From an uncultured delta proteobacterium (GTDB lineage: Bacteria; Myxococcota_A; Polyangia; Polyangiales; JADJMO01), in the NCBI GenBank assembly GCA_903923175.1, contig CAIXWQ010000822.1:1-48732 (forward strand): a stretch of DNA of 48,732 bases, written 5' to 3'. Under the pieces are notes generated by a model. The model saw only the letters and a program-made list of their open reading frames with translations. It searched no databases and was not told the origin of the DNA. A program made the translations under genes and the position numbers. Numbering within the stretch: position 1 is the first letter of the stretch; every line of letters begins with the position of its first letter. Shown here piece by piece: positions 26,565-40,100 of this stretch.

Positions 26565-27557
26565 TCAGCGCGCGGGCGGCGGCGCGGCCGAGCGACCGGC
26601 CTCCTTGTTGGGCGACGACGGCGTGTGGATCACCGGGCCGCTGCGGATGACGTTCGAGCGCAGGCGCTGATCGAGGATCTCCTCGGCGCGCCGCCCCGCC
26701 TCCAGCATCTTCTCGGTCTCGACACCCGTGCGCACGCCCATCTCGCCGAGCAGCGCGACCAGGTCCTCGCTGCACGCGTTGCCGGTGAAGCCGGCCGAGT
26801 ACTTCGCCGCGCCGGTGGCCGGCTGGCCGCCGATCGCGCCCATCGACGAGTCGACGTAGCGAACGCCCATCTCGAGCATCGCGATCGAGTTCACGATGCC
26901 GGTGCCGCGCGTGTCGTGGAAGTGCGCGATGAACTCCGCCTTCGGGAAGTCGGCCTTGAGCTGGCCGATGCGCTGCCGCACGAGGACCGGGTTCGCCATG
27001 CCGGTGGTGTCGCCGAGCATGATCGTCTGCGCGCCTTCTTCGAGGTAGAAGCGCGTGATCTTCGCGACGTCTTCGTACGGCACGTCGCCGCCGACCGGGC
27101 AGCCGTAGACGGTGCCCGCACAGCCGACGACGCGGATCCCGAGCGCGTGCGCGCGCTTCATGATGGCCGCGTGCTCGGCCATCGCCTCGGTGTGCGTCAT
27201 GCGGAAGTTGAGGGTGTTGTGCTTCTCGCTCGAGGAGATCATCAGGATGATCTCGTCGGCGCCGTGGCCCTCCTTCTGGCAGACCTCGAGCCGGTCGAAG
27301 CCCTTGGTGTTGGGCATCAGCACAAGGTGCGAGACGCCGGGGCGGCGCTTGATCCCCTTGAGCACCTCCACGCAGTCGGCGAACTGCGGCAGCAGCTTCG
27401 GGTGCGAGAACGAGGTGACCTCGACCTTCTTGAAGCCGGCGTCGGTGATCCGATCGATCATCTCGATCTTCTGCGCCGTGGGGACGAGGACGGGCATCGA
27501 CTGCAGGCCGTCGCGGGCCCAGCACTCGCAGACGGTGACGGATTCCGGGATGGGCAC
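26565..27557 (-). CDS. Hydroxymethylglutaryl-CoA lyase family (DRE-TIM metallolyase)
   Basis: GTG start after GAGGAG. ARDGLQ, EVTSFSHPKLLPQFAD, LGDTTGMANP, HFHDTRG, DSSMGAIGGQP and GNACSED. The usual GGCP motif reads GGQP here. Confidence 0.88.
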   Translation of the reverse strand: MPIPESVTVCECWARDGLQSMPVLVPTAQKIEMIDRITDAGFKKVEVTSFSHPKLLPQFADCVEVLKGIKRRPGVSHLVLMPNTKGFDRLEVCQKEGHGADEIILMISSSEKHNTLNFRMTHTEAMAEHAAIMKRAHALGIRVVGCAGTVYGCPVGGDVPYEDVAKITRFYLEEGAQTIMLGDTTGMANPVLVRQRIGQLKADFPKAEFIAHFHDTRGTGIVNSIAMLEMGVRYVDSSMGAIGGQPATGAAKYSAGFTGNACSEDLVALLGEMGVRTGVETEKMLEAGRRAEEILDQRLRSNVIRSGPVIHTPSSPNKEAGRSAAPPPAR

Positions 27558-27597
27558 GGGGAGACTCCTCGCAGCGTTCGGTTCGGGGCGGGTCACT

Positions 27598-28356
27598 TCA
27601 CGGGTCAGCGCCCGAATTGCCACGAATCGGGCGCGCCGGGGAGTCGCCGAGGGCGACCCGGAGCTCGTCGGGCGGTTCGACCGCCAGCGTCACGATTCTC
27701 CCCCCCTCACGACGCCACGCGCCGTGCAGAGAGCGCTCGCCGATCCGGGCCTCGAACGGCGCGAAGCCGTCCGTTCCCGGCTCGCCACGCCAGCGGACGT
27801 CGACCGAGCGGGTGTCGGCGCGTAGCCCCGTTCGCAGCACCTTCAGCGCGCTCTCCTTGGCGCTCCAGACGAGCGTCACGCGCGCGTCGCGCTCCGCCGG
27901 CACCCCCACCAACCCGTCGATGCGCGCCTGCTCGGCCTCGGTGAAGAACAGCTCGGCCAGCGCCTCCGCGCGCGGCTCGACGAGCTCGACGTCGCAGCCC
28001 AGGCGGCAACCGATCGGTCCGACCGCGGCCATCGCGACCCCGCCGCTGTGGCTGAGCGACAGCTCGACCGGCGCCGGTTCGCCGTCGAGCAGCGGCTCGG
28101 GCGAGCCGTCCGCCCTCGCGCGGACGGACCACTCCGCCCGCGCGTCGGCTGGCGCGCCGAACGCGCCGAACGCGCCGAACGCGCCGAACGCGTCGGACGC
28201 CGCGCGCAGGACGCAGCGCGCCGTCCAGCGACCGAGCCGGAAGTCCGCCGCGCGCTTGGGCACGCGCAGCGCCGCGAGCGTCACGCGCTCCGCCGCCGAC
28301 AGCCACGCGTCGTCGGCGGGGACGTCGTCGAGGGTGCGGAGCAGCCAGCCGATCAC
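27598..28356 (-). CDS. Sfp-type 4'-phosphopantetheinyl transferase
   Basis: WLSAAE, GR, SLSHSG, LGCDVE and WSAKESALK motifs. Confidence 0.92.
   Translation of the reverse strand: MIGWLLRTLDDVPADDAWLSAAERVTLAALRVPKRAADFRLGRWTARCVLRAASDAFGAFGAFGAFGAPADARAEWSVRARADGSPEPLLDGEPAPVELSLSHSGGVAMAAVGPIGCRLGCDVELVEPRAEALAELFFTEAEQARIDGLVGVPAERDARVTLVWSAKESALKVLRTGLRADTRSVDVRWRGEPGTDGFAPFEARIGERSLHGAWRREGGRIVTLAVEPPDELRVALGDSPARPIRGNSGADP
28153..28192. repeat. In-frame 9-bp tandem repeat (CGCGCCGAA)x4 in the PPTase gene
   Basis: Encodes AFGAFGAFGAFGA. Confidence 0.85.
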
Positions 28357-28377
28357 GACGCGCTCACGGGTAAGCCG

Positions 28378-34044
<5,667 letters not shown>

Positions 34045-34120
34045 GAGACGTCCTCCTGGCGCACTCGCGCCCGCGCTCCTCCGCGGAATCCATCCGCAGA
34101 GGAGCCCTCCGTGACGTACG

Positions 34121-37100
34121 TCAGGCCATCGCGCTGCGGAGCGGCTCGAGCAGCTTCGCGTCGACGGCGACGGGGAGCGTCACCGTCCGATAGCCCTTCA
34201 CCTCGACGTAGACGCGGCCGTCTTCGTCGACGATGCGCGCGTCGTAGCCGCCGCCCTCGCCCTCGAGCGGCACCGCGATCGCGAAGAGCCGAGGCCCGCC
34301 CGCCTCGTGGAGCGGGCGCAGCGTCGTCACGCGGTCGATGTGCTGCGGGAGCCCCATCTTGCCGCTCGTCCCCATCTCCCAGATCCCCGCCGTCTGGAAG
34401 CACGACTCGATGAGCCGCGGCGCCGTGAGCGTCGGCAGCTCCGCGGGGTGGTGGTTGTCGGGGAGCGCGTGCGTGATCAGCGCGGCTGCCCCGTCGCCGA
34501 CGCGCCACGCGCGCTCGAGCACGCGGTACGCCGGGCCGTGGAAGTAGATCCGGTAGATGTCGCCCGAGACGACGTCGGCCGGACCCGCTCCGTTCGGAGC
34601 CTTCGGTGCGGCGACGGCGTCGGCCTCCGGCGCGTGACGACCGAGCCTCACGCGCGCGCGGTAGTGCTCCGTCGTCTGCTCGCCCTGCCCGGGGAGCACG
34701 CGCTTGCCGAGCAGCGTGCAGCGCGCGACCACGTCGGCGCCGTCGGCCTCGAGCACCGCGTGCACGGTCAGCGTGCGCGGCTCGTCGCGGTAGAATTTGA
34801 AGGGCGCCGCGAACTCGACGTCCTCGACGCTCGACACCGACCAGCCAGGGAGCAGCAGCGACGCGACCTCCGCGAACGCCTCGACGCCCATGACGCCCGG
34901 CAGCACGGCCACGCCGTCGATCCGGTGATCGAAGAGGAAGCCCTGCTTGGCCGGGTCGAGCGTGGTCTCGACGCAGAGGCCGTCCTGCACGGTCATCCCG
35001 GTGACGTGACCGAGCATCGGTCCGCGCAGCGGGTGCGTCGCGGCGAAGCTGGCCACATCGACGCCGCCCGCCTCGTCGCGCTCTTTCAGCAGCATGCCGA
35101 GCGTGCCCGCCAGCACGACCTCGCCGACGCCCACCTCGCGCGCGAGCTCCTGGCGGACGACCGGGATGCCGACCGTCGGCGGGAGCATCTCGATCCCCGC
35201 CGCCTCCATCAGCTTCGGGATGGAGCCGCGCGACGCCATGCCGATCGAGGCCCACGCCGTCCAGTCGATCGCCACGCCGCGCGTCCCGGGGCGGGTCGAG
35301 CGCAGGCTCGAGGCGACCTTGCAGAGGAAGTCGTTCGCCGCGGAGTAGTCGGTCTGCCCGCCGTTGCCGAAGCGCCCGGCGATCGAGCTGAAGACGACGA
35401 GCGCGCCGAGCTCCACGCCGTCGAGGCCGCGGAGCAGGTGGAACATCCCCTCGGCCTTCGCGTCGAACACGAGGTCGAATTCGTCGGCCGACTTGTCGGG
35501 GACGAGCCGGCTGATCTCGAGCCCGCCGGCGTGCACCAGCACGTCGACGCGCGGGGCTTCGGCGCGGATCGCCGCCATCACCGCGGTCATCGCGTCGGCG
35601 TCGCGCAGGTCGGCGCTGAACCAGCGCGCCTTGCCGCCGGCCGACTCGACCGCGGCCATCGCCCGCTTGGCCGCCAGCGCGCGCTCGAGCGTCGCGAGCT
35701 CGCGCTCCACGAGCGCCGGGGTCGCGCGCTCGCCGCGCGCCTTGAGCCGCTCGTAGAGATCGCGCTTGAGCGCCTCGCGATCGCCCTCGACGCGCTCGAG
35801 ATCCGGATTCGCACGGTCGGGCGCGGGGATGCGATCGAGCAGGAAGAACGTGCCGCCCGTCGCCGCCGCGAGATCGGCCGTGATGGCGGAAGTGATGCTG
35901 CCGGCCGCGCCGGTGACCACGAAGACCTTGCCGCCGCCGCCAGCGCCGCTCGGGAGGCTCGGCGAGGCGTCCTGCACCGGCCGCTCGGCGAGCCCGACCG
36001 TCCAGCGCAGGCCGTCCTTGCGGCCGATCTCGACCGCGCCCGGATCGCGCAGCGTCTCGTCGACGAGGCTCGCGACGATCTCCGCCGCGTCCGCCGCGAC
36101 GGGGAAGTCGACGCACTTCACGAGCGCGCCCGGCTTCTCGCGCGCGATCGCCTTGGTGAAGCCGGTCACCGCGCCGCCGAGCGGGAGCTGCGCCCCCGCG
36201 GCGTCGTAGCCGTGCTGGCCGCCGAGGCGCGTGGCCGACACGAAGAACGCCCCGGGCGCGTCGAGCGACGCGTACAGCGCGCGCATCGTCGCGTGCGCGA
36301 GCTTCACGCGCACGTGCACCGCGGCGCGCCAGCGCGCGACGTCCATCGCCGCGAGCGGCCCCTCGGCGTCGAGCGCCGGCAGCCAGTACACGCCGTGGAT
36401 CGGCCCCTCCGCGAGCCAGCCCGCGAGCCGAGCCTCGAGCAGCTCGCGCGTGGGCGCGTCGCGCACCACGAGCGGCTGCGCGCCGTGCGCCGAGAGGGCG
36501 CCGACCAGCGCGTCGGCGATGCCGCCGGCATCGGCCATGACCACCACGCGCTTGCCCTCGAGCGAGGCGCCGGTGGCGCGGCAGACGTCGAGCGACGGGC
36601 GGAGCACCGGCACCGGCACGCGCCGCGGGTAGCGCGTCTGATCGCCGGAGCTCGATTCCGTCTGCGCGCTCGGGCTCGGGCTCGGGACCGGAGTCGCGTT
36701 CGCGTTCGCGTCTGCGTTCGCGCGCCGAGCCGCGAGGTCCGGCCTTCGCGTGTGCACGAAGCGGATCACGTGGCCGAGCGTCGGGTAGTCGCGCAGCTTG
36801 ATCGAGTCGTCGCGCGGGATGTCGTACGCCGCGCGGATGGTGGCGAAGACCTCGGCCTGCTTGACGGTGTCGACGCCGAGATCGGCCTCGAGATCGAGGT
36901 CGAGCTCCAGCATGTCGCGCGGGTAGCCGGTCTTCTCGGCGACGAGCGCGAGGACGCGTTCGGCCACTTCGTCGACGCCCGCTGCTGGATTCGCAGCCGG
37001 AGCCGCAGCCGGAGGCGGCACCGCAGCCGCCGTCGCCGTCGCGACCGCGACGAGGTCCGGCCTTCGCGCGTGCACGAAGCGGATCACGTGGCCGAGCGTC

Positions 37101-40100
37101 GGGTAGTCGCGCAGCTTGATCGAGTCGTCGCGCGGGATGTCGTAGGCCTGGCGGATGGTGGCGAAGACCTCCGCCTGCTTGACGGTGTCGACGCCGAGAT
37201 CGGCCTCGAGATCGAGATCGAGCTCGAGCATGTCACGCGGGTACCCCGTCTTCTCGGCGACGAGCGCGAGGACGCGCTCGGTGACCTCGTCGGCCGCGCT
37301 CGTCGCAGCCGCGGCCGGGGCAGCCCCCGGGGCCGCCGCGGGCGACGGAGCCGCGGCCGGGACCGCGGCGAGATCGGGCCTTCGCGAGCGCACGAACCCG
37401 ATCACGTGTCCGAGCGTCGGGTAGTCGCGAAGCTTCACGGTGTCGTCGCGCGGGATGTCGTACGCCGCGCGGATGGTGGCGAAGACCTCCGCCTGCTTCA
37501 CCGTGTCGACGCCGAGATCGGCCTCGAGATCGAGATCGAGCGCGAGCATGTCGCGCGGGTAGCCGGTCTTCTCGGTGACGAGGGCGAGCACGCGCTCCGT
37601 GACCTCGTCCGTCGCCGGAGCCGGAGCCGCGCCCGGAGCCGGCGTCGTCACCGCAGCCGCAGCCGGAGCCGGAGCCGGCGCAGCGTGCGCGCCGAGGTCC
37701 GGCCTTCGCGATCGCACGAAGCCGATGACGTGCCCGAGCGTCGGGTAGTCGCGCAGCTTCACCGCGTCGTCGCGCGGGATGTCGTACGCCGCGCGGATGG
37801 TGGCGAAGACCTCCGCCTGCTTGACCGTGTCGATGCCGAGATCGGCCTCGAGATCGAGATCGAGCGCCAGCATGTCGCGCGGATAGCCCGTCTTCTCGGT
37901 GACGAGCGCCAGCACGCGCTCGGCGATCTCGTCTCTCGCGGCCGTCGCGGCCGTCGCGGCCGGAGCCGGAGCCGCCGTCGGCGAAGGAGCGGCAGCCGGA
38001 GTCGGAGCCGAGACCGGCGTCGGCGCGCGCGGCGGAGGCTCGTTCATCGCCTTGCGGGGCGCCTGCGCCTGCTGCTGTGCGTGCGCGGCCACGCCGAGAT
38101 CCTTCACCCGCAGCGTGTGGTGCACGACCTCGAGTTGCGGCGACGCCTGCCCGCTCACGCCCGCGAGCCAGCGCTCGTAGGCGGCTCGGTCTGCGACGCG
38201 GTTCTGGAAGCCGAGCGCGCTCGGGCTCGGTCTCGCCCCCAGCGTCGTCCTGTGCACCAGCGACATGCTGATCTGCGAGCCGAAGCCCGCGGCGAGTCGA
38301 AGCGCGAACTCGATCGGGTAGCTCCCCCCCTTCGAGAGGTTGAGCACCCCGAGGTCGGGATCGACCTCCTTGTAGTTCGGCACCTTCGGGACGACGCCTG
38401 TCTCGAGCGCCTTCACCGCGATGACGTCCTCGAGGCCGGCGGCCATCGGGTGGCCGGTGAAGCCCTTCGTGTTCGCGATCACGATCTGATCGGTCAAGTC
38501 GCCGAAGACGTGGCGCAGGGCCGTGATCTCCGCCGCCGCGCTGCCGCCCCGAGCGGGCGTGTACGTCTCGTGCGACATGAACACCAGCTGCGTCGCGATC
38601 TGCCGGCGCGAGATCCCCCAGCGCTCCTCCGCGTCGCGCACCAGCGACTCCATCGTCGCCGTGATGTGCTCGACGTCGAGCCGGGTGCCGTGGAACGCGC
38701 TGTTGGCCGTCACCGTGGCGAGCACCTCGCCGATGGGCGTGACGGCGCGCTCGCGGGCCGACTCCGGGCTCTCGATGACGAGGCCCGCTGCGCCCATCCC
38801 GACGATCATGCCGTGGCGACGGCGATCGAACGGCGTCGCCGCGTCGGAGACCGACTCGTCGGTGGCGGCCGCGCCCGCCGCGAGGAAGCCCGTGCCGAAC
38901 CACCCGAGCAGCCGATCGGACGTGATGTCGTCGGCCGCGACGACGAGGACGCGACGGCAGCGCCCGGCCGCGATCCAGTCCTCCGCGAGCGTGATCGCCT
39001 GGGTGGTGCTGGCGCACGCCGAGTTGATCTGCGTGTTGGGGCCGCGCGCGTGGATGTACTCGGCGAGCTGCGAGTGCCCCATCGCGAGCACCTTGAACAG
39101 GAAGCGCCGGTCGTAGCCGAACGCCTTGGTGGCGATCTCCTCGGTCAGCTCGCGGACGCGCCGATCGAGCTCGATGCCGAGCGCGTCGTTCGGGCCGAGC
39201 CGCGCGCGGAGGCTGGTCAGCTCGGCGAGCCGCTCCCTGCGCGCGTGGTCCTCGTGGAAGCGATCGAGATCGCCGACGAGCTCGTTGATGCCGGGGAACG
39301 CCGAGGCGAAGACGATCCCGGTGTCGTCGCGCATCGACTCGGGGAGGGACCAGCCGTCGGGGAGGTACGTCCCCTTGGTGGTGCGCTTGTAGCGAGGCAC
39401 CAGCGGGATGCCGGCGTCGCGCAGCGCGTCGATCGCGACCGCGATCGCCATGCGGCTGGTGACGTCGAGCGCCGAGGCGCGATCGGCCGGGACGCCGTAC
39501 TCCGCCGTCAGATCGAACGCCCCGGCGCGCCCGGCGAGCTTGATCACGTCGGCGACGTCGTCGATGATCTCGAAGACCGGATCCTGCCCCTCCTTCTTCA
39601 CGAGGCGGGTGACGTGCTTGTCCACCATCGCCCTGCGCAGCCGCGCGGGGATGACGTCGATGAACTGCTCGCCGGCGAGGATGCGCGCGACGTTGCCGTC
39701 GTCGAAGATGCGCTCGGTGCCGGGCAGCCCCAGCGCCGCGCCCGTGATGACCGGCGCCTCGCGCCGCGCGCTCGTCGCCCCCGCGCCCCCCACGCCCCCC
39801 GAGATCCCAGCCCGATCCAGCAGCTGCAAGAACATCCGCCCGATCTCGGCCTCACGCCCACCGCCGAACGCCGTTCCCGTTCCCGTGCTCGTGCTCGTGC
39901 TCGGGCTCGCGCTCGGACGCCCCGGCAACTCCGACGTCGCCACCGCGCGCGACGCGCTCAGCGCGCTCGCCGCCGCGCTCATCGCTCTCTCCTCCACCGC
40001 AGCGGTCCCCAGCCCTCGCGAATACAGCCCGCACAGCGCGTGATTCAGCGAGGTCACGTCCCCGAGCTTCGGGTGGTTGGTCCCGAGCGTGAGCACGTCG

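Noticed and set aside
36737-37933. Regular long repeats as a CRISPR array or mobile element
   Set aside because: The units are about 240 bp, in frame and encode ACP domains. There are no short repeat-spacer units, cas genes or transposase.
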